Shown piece by piece: positions 48,361-57,500 of a stretch of 64,000 nucleotides of DNA. The stretch comes from Promethearchaeota archaeon (GTDB lineage Archaea > Asgardarchaeota > Thorarchaeia > Thorarchaeales > Thorarchaeaceae). Position numbers and translations under genes: made by a program. The stretch's first letter is position 1; each line of letters starts with the position of its first letter. The DNA is taken from assembly GCA_014728035.1 (NCBI GenBank), contig WJMJ01000034.1, forward strand, positions 30,541-94,540, in the 5' to 3' direction. Below the pieces are notes generated by a model. It made no database searches and had not been told where the DNA came from. It saw nothing but the letters and a program-made list of their open reading frames with translations.

Positions 48361-49047
48361 CTAGTAGTCTGGTAATCGCTCCTTAGGAATTGTCTGAACA
48401 AGTGTGTCTATCCCTTTTTCAAGGTTCAAAAAAGGATTGTAAATTTGTATGATTTCCTGTGTCCTCTCATGCTGACTGAACCGACTTGATATATTTTGAG
48501 AGAGAATTTTCTTATCAGGTACAATTTCTAAGAGAATAGTATCGGAATAGTGGTATTGAACTTGGTCCTGGATAGATTGTAAAGCTTTGCTCGCCGTTCG
48601 CCTATTCAATGATGGAACAACGTAGAATACTAACAACATTGCTCCAAGAGCTGATCCTGTCGAAAAGATAGTAAGGAGAGAGAGCCACGGGTGAAGAAAT
48701 GCCAGTAAATTCCCTAATGATATGATTTCAAGTAGTATTAGGAGGATTGGGAGAATCATCGTAAACACGATAAAAGGGGTAAATCCCAAGACAGCTAACA
48801 CTATCAAATGCCACATTTTCTGTCTTGTGTCAGAATCGGGTATTATCAAACCCAAACCAAAATTCTCATGTTCCAGATGAAACATCCCTAGTAGATGTCC
48901 ATCTCCTTTTTTCCAAATTTCCGTTCCCTCTTCTCGTGGAATGTCCTCACCAGCTGTAACTAACTTCAGACCCAGATTGATATCTGAAACTGTAAAGAAA
49001 TGGCAGCAATCAGTTAGAGTGGGACGCATATAGGCAAATATCCCCAA
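48361..49047 (-). CDS. Hypothetical membrane protein (2-3 TM)
   Basis: Central hydrophobic segments; start uncertain. Confidence 0.5.
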   Translation of the reverse strand: MGIFAYMRPTLTDCCHFFTVSDINLGLKLVTAGEDIPREEGTEIWKKGDGHLLGMFHLEHENFGLGLIIPDSDTRQKMWHLIVLAVLGFTPFIVFTMILPILLILLEIISLGNLLAFLHPWLSLLTIFSTGSALGAMLLVFYVVPSLNRRTASKALQSIQDQVQYHYSDTILLEIVPDKKILSQNISSRFSQHERTQEIIQIYNPFLNLEKGIDTLVQTIPKERLPDY

Positions 49048-49140
49048 GATAATTCACAACAGTCATTAGTTTCTTCGTTGTTATCAATTCTTCGCTTTGA
49101 GAGGAAATACAATAGTTCCACACCTCTTAAAAAGTGCAAA

Positions 49141-49164
49141 ACCCCACACAAGGAAATGTGGGGT
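49141..49164 (-). terminator. Hairpin after the ABC permease gene
   Basis: ACCCCACA-caaggaaa-TGTGGGGT, 8-bp stem 7 nt after the stop, followed by Ts on the minus strand. Confidence 0.6.
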
Positions 49165-49171
49165 GATTATA

Positions 49172-50461
49172 TTATTCTGAGCGAAGCGCGTCAACTGGTG
49201 TAAGCTTTGATGCACGCCATGCTGGATAAAGCGCAAAGATGACACTAACCAGAATGCCAAAGATCATCGCCTGAATTGCCAAAAGAGGAGTCATCACAGG
49301 TGTAATGGTCATTGAACTGGTAACTGAAGAGCCTATTCCACCACCAGGCCTAATGCCACCTAGACTGCTGAAACTTCTTGCGACTATATTAGCCATAATC
49401 GAGCCAACAAGTAATCCTACGATTCCTCCAATTACCCCAATAAGAAGAGCTTCTGCAAGAAATACTGCTAACACGGTACGTCCCTTTGCTCCAAGAGCTT
49501 TTAGGATACCTATCTCTCGCGTTCTTTCCATGAGAGAAACTATCATGATATTCATGATTCCAACTCCTGCTACAACTAGAGATATTCCAGCAATACCAGC
49601 AAGTAGGTTCTCAACTGTGTTTAGAACAGAGGATAATGTATCAAGGATAGCAGTTGGAGATGTAACTGAAACTTCACCCTCATATAGATCTTCGATACGT
49701 TCTATGACTTGGTTGATGAATTCTTCATCGTCGTTTTCAAGCTTTACTGCAATACTTGTTACCTCTTCAGTATTGAAATAATCCAATGCGGAATCTATAG
49801 GAATGTATATCCCTGTGTCAGATGGTCCAAAGCCAATCGAACCAATTTTCTCCAATACTCCAACCACAGTTAGGGACAGATTAACTGGCACAAGTTCAGT
49901 TCCGTTTCGAGTCATGTAGAATACATTGACTGTATCACCTATATCTACGAGGTGAGTACCATTGTTATACGGATCATAAATTGTATGTCCAATAATAGTT
50001 GAGCTATTTCCAGGGTTGTCAGGTATCTCGCCATGTGCTACTGCAAATGTAGAATACAAATCCGCATAGATTTCAAAATCCACACCTGTAAGTGACAATG
50101 GTATACTTCCATCTTCAAATTCGAATGTGGTTGTTTTACTCACTGAGGCTGCTGATTTACTGACTCCCTCAACTTCATTGATAATCTCAGTATCGTTATT
50201 ATATAATACAAAATCGCTAGAATCACCACTGCCACCAAATCCAATCATGCCTCCATTATTTCCAGCAGATACAATCACAGTATCAGTCGAAAATCCTTCC
50301 TGAAACTGATTTGTGATGGCTACCTGAAAACCCTCAGTAAAGGACAACAATGCAACAATAGCTGCAATCCCAATTACAATTCCGAGTGTGGTCAACGCAG
50401 ACCGGACCTTCCTAAGCTTGATAGCCCCAAAAGAAAAACCAAGAGTGTCACGAGTTTTCAT
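49172..50461 (-). CDS. ABC exporter permease, MacB/FtsX family
   Basis: RSALTTLGIVIGIAAIV, large extracellular domain, GIMNIMIVSLMERTREIGILKALGA, PAWRASKLTPVDALR. Confidence 0.95.
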   Translation of the reverse strand: MKTRDTLGFSFGAIKLRKVRSALTTLGIVIGIAAIVALLSFTEGFQVAITNQFQEGFSTDTVIVSAGNNGGMIGFGGSGDSSDFVLYNNDTEIINEVEGVSKSAASVSKTTTFEFEDGSIPLSLTGVDFEIYADLYSTFAVAHGEIPDNPGNSSTIIGHTIYDPYNNGTHLVDIGDTVNVFYMTRNGTELVPVNLSLTVVGVLEKIGSIGFGPSDTGIYIPIDSALDYFNTEEVTSIAVKLENDDEEFINQVIERIEDLYEGEVSVTSPTAILDTLSSVLNTVENLLAGIAGISLVVAGVGIMNIMIVSLMERTREIGILKALGAKGRTVLAVFLAEALLIGVIGGIVGLLVGSIMANIVARSFSSLGGIRPGGGIGSSVTSSMTITPVMTPLLAIQAMIFGILVSVIFALYPAWRASKLTPVDALRSE

Positions 50462-51147
50462 TGTCCATTCACCTCATCTGCAACCAGATGTCCATCCTTC
50501 ATTCTTAGAGTTCGTTTCGTTCGTTTTGCCATCTCCAAATCGTGAGTAACCATAATGCAGGTAACTTTCTTTTCTTCATTCAGCTCGACAATAAGATCGA
50601 TTAAAGATGCTGCTGTAACTGAATCTAGGTTGCCAGTTGGTTCATCCATCAAAAGAAAACTCGGGTTGCTAACTAGAGCTCTTGCCACTGCAACTCTTTG
50701 TCTCTCTCCACCACTGAGTTCAGAGCTCTTGTGATGAATACGATCACCAAGCCCTACACTAATTAGCACTTCTCTTGCCCGTTCCTGTCTCTCTTTCTTT
50801 GGAACACCAGCGATAACTAGAGGTAGCTCGACATTTCCGATTGCGTTAAGTCGAGGTATTAGGTTGAAAAACTGAAAAACGAATCCAACTTTTGTTCTAG
50901 CTTCCGCTAATTCATTGTCAGAGAGTTCTGATACATCTATTCCCTCAATCAAAAGAGAACCGCTTGTTGGACGATCAAGAGCTCCAATAAGATTGAGTAA
51001 TGTTGATTTCCCGCTTCCTGAAGGGCCGAGGATAGTTACAAACTCGCCCTGTTCTACAACAAAATCTGCTCCTCGTAGTGCCTTTACAGGTACTTGGCCC
51101 AGCATGTAGGTCTTTGTTAAATTCTGTGCTTCTAATACAGTTGTCAT
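50458..51147 (-). CDS. ABC transporter ATP-binding protein (LolD/MacB type)
   Basis: GPSGSGKST, LSGGERQRVA, LLMDEPTGNLD, VTHD. Confidence 0.96.
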   Translation of the reverse strand: MTTVLEAQNLTKTYMLGQVPVKALRGADFVVEQGEFVTILGPSGSGKSTLLNLIGALDRPTSGSLLIEGIDVSELSDNELAEARTKVGFVFQFFNLIPRLNAIGNVELPLVIAGVPKKERQERAREVLISVGLGDRIHHKSSELSGGERQRVAVARALVSNPSFLLMDEPTGNLDSVTAASLIDLIVELNEEKKVTCIMVTHDLEMAKRTKRTLRMKDGHLVADEVNGQ

Positions 51148-51183
51148 GTTCTAAGTCCCCTTGTTGGGAGCCAGAACAACAAT

Positions 51184-51948
51184 CTATTCGGATTCTGTTT
51201 CTTCTAGGATTTCTTCTAGCCTTTTTTTAGTTGATTTGAGAATCTTCTCAACTTGAGCAATTCTTTCCTTACTTGGATTCTCAACTAGTTCCATCGCAAG
51301 GCTCATTGATATTCTTACAAGATCTCGAAATGTATCCTGTAAGACCACCAATTCATCGTTCTTACGGATGAATGGTAATAATGGAAATGGCCCAGATTGG
51401 AATCGCTTTCTCATTCGTTCACCAAATTGCATCTCTTTGTTGAACAGAGCTTCTCCAAGCTCAGTAAGCTTGTATCGCTTTAATGTTCCTTTTTCAGAAG
51501 ATAGCTCGATTATGCTGTCTTCTTTCAGCTTCTTCAACAGAGGATATAATGAGCCTGGACTAGGGGTCCATTCTCCTTGAGTTTCCTCTTCTATCGCTGA
51601 AGTAATCTCAGAACCGGACATAGCTCGTTCTCGAAGCAATTGTAGTACTTTGTATCGAAGATAACCTCTGGGAACACTTGAGGTGCTCTGTAACCAAGGT
51701 TTCATTGCTTCTTGTGGGAGGAATTTTGGTAGCTCATCGAATTCTGCTAGTTTATCCTTAGATAAATAGAACCGGTCGTCAACCTGGACAAAGGGAAGAC
51801 GTTCACCCATAGGTGAGTTGACTACATATTCGAGAAGTCTTGGGAGACCCAATTCTTTCAGTGTAAGAGCAGTCTTCTCACTAGTTGCTCCTTTCTTCTT
51901 GAAAACAGCAATTGCGTGTTCAATCCTTCGTCTCATGTCGTTCTTCAT
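51184..51948 (-). CDS. PadR-family transcriptional regulator with an extra N-terminal domain
   Basis: RGYLRYKVLQLL, MSGSEI, WTPSPGSLYPLLKKL, KRYKLTELG; start most likely ATG 51948 because 51981 lies inside the operator. Confidence 0.88.
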   Translation of the reverse strand: MKNDMRRRIEHAIAVFKKKGATSEKTALTLKELGLPRLLEYVVNSPMGERLPFVQVDDRFYLSKDKLAEFDELPKFLPQEAMKPWLQSTSSVPRGYLRYKVLQLLRERAMSGSEITSAIEEETQGEWTPSPGSLYPLLKKLKEDSIIELSSEKGTLKRYKLTELGEALFNKEMQFGERMRKRFQSGPFPLLPFIRKNDELVVLQDTFRDLVRISMSLAMELVENPSKERIAQVEKILKSTKKRLEEILEETESE

Positions 51949-51977
51949 GTTGTTCTGACCTTTTGTTCTTATCGTTT

Positions 51978-52033
51978 GCAATATCGTTAACGATATTGCT
52001 TACAATATCACTAGTGATATTTTATATATAAAG
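51978..52033 (-). promoter_or_regulatory. Two tandem palindromic operators plus TATA box of the PadR-ABC operon
   Basis: GCAATATCGTTAACGATATTGC (51978-51999) and AATATCACTAGTGATATT (52004-52021), both perfect palindromes; CTTTATATATAAA on the minus strand directly upstream. Confidence 0.8.
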
Positions 52034-52178
52034 AGGATGTATGAATCATACATCGGTTGTAGGGAAAACCTGAATCAAGGAGGGATATCACAATCACATC
52101 TGACTAGAAGGAAGGAGCAAAGTGGTATCTATAACTTTCAAGATAGGACCTCCTCTGTTGGTTCAAATGATTTCGATG

Positions 52179-52343
52179 TTAGATAGCTTCTTCAATTTCA
52201 TCAAGTTTATCCTCACCGATATCATTCCATCCCATTGAATTATCAAACCCATCAAGAATAGATCCAGCATCTGGTTTTTGATCTTGCTCTATTGGTTCAT
52301 CTATTTCAATTTTAGGTGCTTTTTGGTACCTGTATTTTGGTAT
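52179..52343 (-). pseudogene. Possible orphan 3' gene remnant (54 codons, no start)
   Basis: IPKYRYQKAPKIEIDEPIEQDQKPDAGSILDGFDNSMGWNDIGEDKLDEIEEAI-stop; protein-like acidic composition, in-frame TGA upstream. Confidence 0.3.
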
Positions 52344-52364
52344 TCAATGCATTTTGAGAATCCT

Positions 52365-52808
52365 TTATGAATTGTTAAAAGGATTGATAATTTCTAGAAA
52401 AGAAAAGTCTTCAAAATCTCGAGTATTTTCGGTATAAATTGTTCCAATACCAAATTCCAAAGCAGTTGCCGCTATAACACAATCAAATATTCTAGCTTTC
52501 TTTATTTTGTATTCCTCAATCAATGAAAAAACCATGAGAGTAGTAGTTGTAGTTGGTTCAATTATAATCATTTTTTCAGAGAACCAGAAATCTTCACAAA
52601 TAGAAATCGCTTCCTCCACAGAGAGTGGATTTTCTATTCTTCTTGGATTTGTTACAACCGCAAAAAATTCATACAGGTTTTGAGGAAGTAAGATTGGTTG
52701 TGTCTTAGATTCCATTGCTTGGATAATTAAATGGCTTGCTTTTTCTTGATGAGGAGATGATGCGTTATGAGCATGCACTAAGATATTGGTATCAATCAAT
52801 ATCTTCAT
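52365..52808 (-). CDS. vapC: VapC-like PIN-domain toxin
   Basis: ILIDTNIL, LYEFFAVVT, IFDCVIAA, IYTENTRDF; 147 aa. Confidence 0.9.
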   Translation of the reverse strand: MKILIDTNILVHAHNASSPHQEKASHLIIQAMESKTQPILLPQNLYEFFAVVTNPRRIENPLSVEEAISICEDFWFSEKMIIIEPTTTTTLMVFSLIEEYKIKKARIFDCVIAATALEFGIGTIYTENTRDFEDFSFLEIINPFNNS

Positions 52809-53115
52809 AGATCTGGCTTCTCCCTAAAGGTGTTACAATAGATCCAAGATCAGGTGGGTTTTTCATTCTATGATATAGTCTTTCATTTGCTTGATTTCTT
52901 TTCTTGAGAATAAATTTGTCAATGTCCTTTTCTATGTCTATATCAGTATTACCAGTAAGTTGAAGCCACTCAAGAATTGCTAGCCTCTTACTCTCTTTAA
53001 CTTGTTCAATTTCCAACTCGCCGCCAAGTATCCTTTCAACCGGATTTTTTTTAGATTCAGTTGTATGCTCATGTGTGTGTTCAAATTCCATTTCTATTCT
53101 ATTTAACATACTCAT
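52792..53115 (-). CDS. Putative antitoxin (VapB-like partner)
   Basis: Small ORF overlapping the vapC start by 17 nt; C-terminal RSQIYED resembles archaeal antitoxin tails; start uncertain. Confidence 0.6.
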   Translation of the reverse strand: MSMLNRIEMEFEHTHEHTTESKKNPVERILGGELEIEQVKESKRLAILEWLQLTGNTDIDIEKDIDKFILKKRNQANERLYHRMKNPPDLGSIVTPLGRSQIYEDID

Positions 53116-53182
53116 TTTTAGAACATATAAACAACTGTATCATATTACTTGGAATTAAAAGAGAGATAAGGATGACATAAAA

Positions 53183-54394
53183 TCAGAAATCTGGTGAATA
53201 ATTATTATATTCTTGAGGAAGTATAATTTCTGTACAGTTGTGAAATGCCATAAATAGTTTAAATCCCTCATGAGCTCGATGCTTAAATTCCGGATCTATT
53301 GTAAAATCATCCTCAAAATATAGACTCTTTATCTCCAGCAAATCCTTATCGCGATGAACCTTTGCGTCTAACCTTCCTACAAGGTCACAACCGTCAAGAA
53401 TTGGAAGTACAAAATAACCATAGACCCGTTTTTGTTTCGGAACATAGCATTCAATCTTGTAATCAAAATTCCATATCTCTGCAGGATAATGACGTTCACG
53501 TAGAATATTATCAAAAGGAGTAAGAATCTTGATGGGGTGATCATCAAATGCTTCTGAATCAATCCTCTCTAATTCATTTAATTTCTCAGAGAGGCAATAA
53601 TACGGAGTATCTCGTCCTTCAATCTGTACCTTCAAGATATACTCAGATTCAACAAACTCCTCAAGGTTTTTCTCTATCTGTGATTGCCGAGATCCCCATA
53701 ACTTTCGAGCTGGAAGTTTTCCAACATAAGATCTAAAGTCCTTGTAACTAGCAACACCTAGACACCCTAGAACAGTATCAATAAGGAACTCTTCAGCTTC
53801 TTCATCAGTCAACTTCTTATCAATAATCGAGGAAGGAATGACTCGTTCTGCAACATCGTAGGCTTTTTGGAATCCCTCACGATAAGCAACCATGAGTTTC
53901 CCCATATAGAACAGATACTCCATTGCAGTCTTTTCAGCTTTCCAATCCCACCAACCTTCACCCGATTGCTCCCTAGTCCCATATTCTGAACTTTTCACTG
54001 GACCATTCTTCTTAACGTATTGGTAGACTTCTTCAATAAACTCTCGATTCTTGAGACCCCATTTCTTGTACGACTTCCAAATTTGGTCTTCGTAAAATTG
54101 CAATCGCCACTTATAGAATGGATAAGATTCCATAGGCATAAGACAAAGAGCATGAGACCAGTGTTCGAATAAGTCGCCATTTTTCTCATACTCCCAAATC
54201 GTTCCATCTTCGTAATCTGGAAATCGATTGAAGGTAATTAGATTATGACTTCTGGAAACAACAGATATTGTGTCAATCTGAATATTGTGAATCCTCTTAG
54301 CAACAGAGGAAACACAAGTGGAAGGCTTGGATGTTCTGAGACCTTGTATATCTAGAATGAAGGCCCTAACTTGTTCTAACGAAACCTCTGTCAT
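53183..54394 (-). CDS. YcaQ/AlkZ-family (HTH_42) DNA crosslink-repair glycosylase
   Basis: Catalytic QxD motif IQIDTISVVSRSH, LFEHWSH, WWDWK, LTPFDN, FDYKIECYVPKQKRVYGYF, GRLDAK. Confidence 0.9.
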   Translation of the reverse strand: MTEVSLEQVRAFILDIQGLRTSKPSTCVSSVAKRIHNIQIDTISVVSRSHNLITFNRFPDYEDGTIWEYEKNGDLFEHWSHALCLMPMESYPFYKWRLQFYEDQIWKSYKKWGLKNREFIEEVYQYVKKNGPVKSSEYGTREQSGEGWWDWKAEKTAMEYLFYMGKLMVAYREGFQKAYDVAERVIPSSIIDKKLTDEEAEEFLIDTVLGCLGVASYKDFRSYVGKLPARKLWGSRQSQIEKNLEEFVESEYILKVQIEGRDTPYYCLSEKLNELERIDSEAFDDHPIKILTPFDNILRERHYPAEIWNFDYKIECYVPKQKRVYGYFVLPILDGCDLVGRLDAKVHRDKDLLEIKSLYFEDDFTIDPEFKHRAHEGFKLFMAFHNCTEIILPQEYNNYSPDF

Positions 54395-54542
54395 AATCGA
54401 ATTCAAATATAGCAGGCTTAAGAAAAGTTCTCTCTATTTCTATGAGAATTCAAATTCATCATCGATATCAATTTCACAGGTTTCAAAATCCATTATGATA
54501 CAATTATCGAGCTGTCTGATTTTATTGTGACATCACATTGAT

Positions 54543-54573
54543 AAAAAAAGGAGCGCCATCCCTGAAGGATGGC
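54543..54573 (-). terminator. Hairpin plus U-tract terminator for the beta-helix gene
   Basis: GCCATCC-ctgaa-GGATGGC stem, then 7 T on the minus strand (A-run 54543-54549). Confidence 0.65.
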
Positions 54574-54593
54574 ATTAAGATTTCTTAATGGTA

Positions 54594-57500
54594 CTATGAC
54601 TTTTTCTTTGCTATTGCCAAGACAATAACTAGGACAAATGCCACAAAGGTTGCACTCAGTAAGACTGTCATCTGTTCGGATGGTACCTGACTATCGGTTG
54701 GAGTTGTTGTTTCAGTAGTTGTGGGGGTTGTTTCTGTTACAGTACTAGTTTCACTAGTTGTTGTAGTTGTAGTGGTTGTAGTGATATCATTGGTCACAGT
54801 CACTATCACGGTATCGATTGCAGTATTTCCACTTGTATCACTAACAATGATTGTGTAATTATACACTCCAGCAGAGAGATAATCAATTACTATCTCAATC
54901 TCCGAGCCATTCCACGAATCGGTTTCCAAGACTGTACCGTTTCGTAAGATTCTGTATGATGCAGGTAGATCATCAGACGGAATCCATGTGATGTTATGTC
55001 CTGTTGTTCCCACCTCATAAGTATAGTCAGCTGGACTATCAATGGTGGGCGAAGTTGTGTCGACGACATGTACAAAGACGGTATCTTCGACAGTATTACC
55101 ACTGTCATCCGAAACTACCACAGTGTAATTATACTCTCCCAAATCCAAGTCATCAACATTGAGGGTGATTTGACTACCATCCCAATTCTGACTGTCAACA
55201 ATTTCACCATCCAGATAGATAGTAAAGTTGCCGGGGTCCAAATCAGTTGGCTCCCAGATAATGTGATTATCCGAAGAATTGAACTCATATTCCATATCCA
55301 TTGGACTGTTAATTTCAGGATTTGTTGAATCGATAATAATTACTAAAACCGTATCTGTAGCTTGGTTATTACTAGTATCTTTCACCAGCAACGTATAATT
55401 GAATACACCGAGTTCAAGACAATCGACAGGAGTAGTAAAGTTTGGTCCGGTCCAACTCTCTGAAACATCCAGATTACCATTAACATAGAGTTGGCAGAGA
55501 TTCGGATTAAGGTCTGAAATGTTCCAACACAGTATCTGCCCAGTTGTTCCCAACTCATAATCAGTATCATCAAGACTGTCTATATCTGGAGCTGTTGTAT
55601 CAATCACTTCCACAGTTACAGTGTCTGAAACTGAATTCCCACCAAAGTCAACTACAATTAGCGTATACTGATAAACTCCAATTGTTAGACCATCAACATC
55701 AATGTGTATAGTTGAGCCGTCCCAAAATCCACTTCCAACGATACTACCATTCCTTTGTACCTGATAGCTGACCGGATTCAGATCTGTGGGGTGCCATTCT
55801 ATCGTATGTTCGGTTGTTCCCATCTCATACTCAATATCTGCTGGACTGTCTATCTCTGGCGACACCCAGTCAATAAGAACGGGATGATTATCAACACTAT
55901 TTCCAATTCCAGGTATATGGTAAATACCACTCTGATCATAATCGTCCCATTTGTTACCTTGAGTACCGTTATCCCACAGATTTGCATTGCCATTATCGTA
56001 TCCGTTTTGTACGGTATTGTATCCAATCGTGTTTGAATACAACAGAGAATTATCAGAGTCCTTGTCTAAGTACACTCCATATTCGTTATGAGAGAGTGTG
56101 TTATTTGTGACATTGGAATAATCAGACCCCTGAAGATATAGACCATATTGATTCAGAGATATTGAAGTATTCCTAATTTCCGTGTAGTGGGATGAAACCA
56201 ACTGAATTCCATAGTCGTTGTTAAGAGTAATTGCACTTTCTGTGATGGTGCATTCCGTTGAATCATCGATACGTATTCCGCTAATTGTGTTTTCGGTCGT
56301 ATCAACTCCAGAGATAGTACAATTTGTACAATAGCCAAGTTGTATTCCGATGGAAGTTTCAGAAAACTTACCCCCACTGACCGTGACATCTTCACAATCT
56401 GCGAGGATTATCTGTCCAAATTGTGTTCCATCAATCTCGATTCCAGTAAGCTCCTTGAAATATCCGAGATCTTTACCATTCACTAAGTTGTTTGAAATCT
56501 CATGTTTCCACTGCTCAAGAGTACAACCAATATAGATTCCATTATTCTCAAGGACGTTACCCTCAACGGTAATTCGGTCACATTCATTAATAGAGATCCC
56601 ACATTCTTTGTTATCCGATATTGTGTTATTTAGAATATAACAGTCAGCTGAAACCATCAGGATGATTCCATCTTTAGTATTATTCATAATAGTAGTATCT
56701 GAGATGGTGCAATTGTCTATATTCCATCCATGAATTCCAAATCTTCCATTTCCAATTGACATACAATTAAGCACGCTACAATTTGCAATTTCAGCTAGGT
56801 GGATTCCATTAAGACGATTACTCTCTGCAGTATTATTCTTCAGGTCGCAGAAAGAAGAAGAGTATAGAAAGATACCGTGTTCCCCATTTAGTTGTGCGGT
56901 ATTGTTCTCAATAACACAATAAGGGGCTTCGTGAAACTCGAATCCACGCCCGTTATTTCCTTCAACCGTGTTATTTAGTACAGTACATCCACCAGAATAG
57001 TATGGGAAAATTCCAGATTCTAAGTTATCAGCAACAGTGTTATTGATAATCATAGTATTATCGGAGAAGAAAACAAGGATACCATACACTGCGTTGGAGG
57101 ATTGTGTGTTGTCTTCTATAGTACAATCTGGTGAGGAATCAAGTAATATACCATACAGGAGATTGTCAATTAAGACACAATTGGATAGATTACATTTTGT
57201 TGACTCTTCTAACCGAATTCCGTATCTTGAGTTCTCTCTTGACACCAAATCAACAACAGTACAGTTCGTACAGTGGCCAAATTGAATGCCTGCAGTAACA
57301 CGCTTTAGCTCTCCATTTCGAACCGTTGAATCAGAACAGTTTGCAAGAACTATCTGACCATAATTAGACGCATCGATTTCTAACCCAATTGAGTTTTTGA
57401 AGTACCCAAGATTCTTTTCATTCACAATATTATCAACAAATGTATGCTGCCATGCAGAGAATGATCCTTGGAGAAAAACACCATTCTCAACTAGTACGTT

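Noticed and set aside
54700-54785. GTT/GTA-rich short tandem repeats
   Set aside because: They encode the Thr-rich stalk of the beta-helix protein; not a CRISPR array or independent repeat
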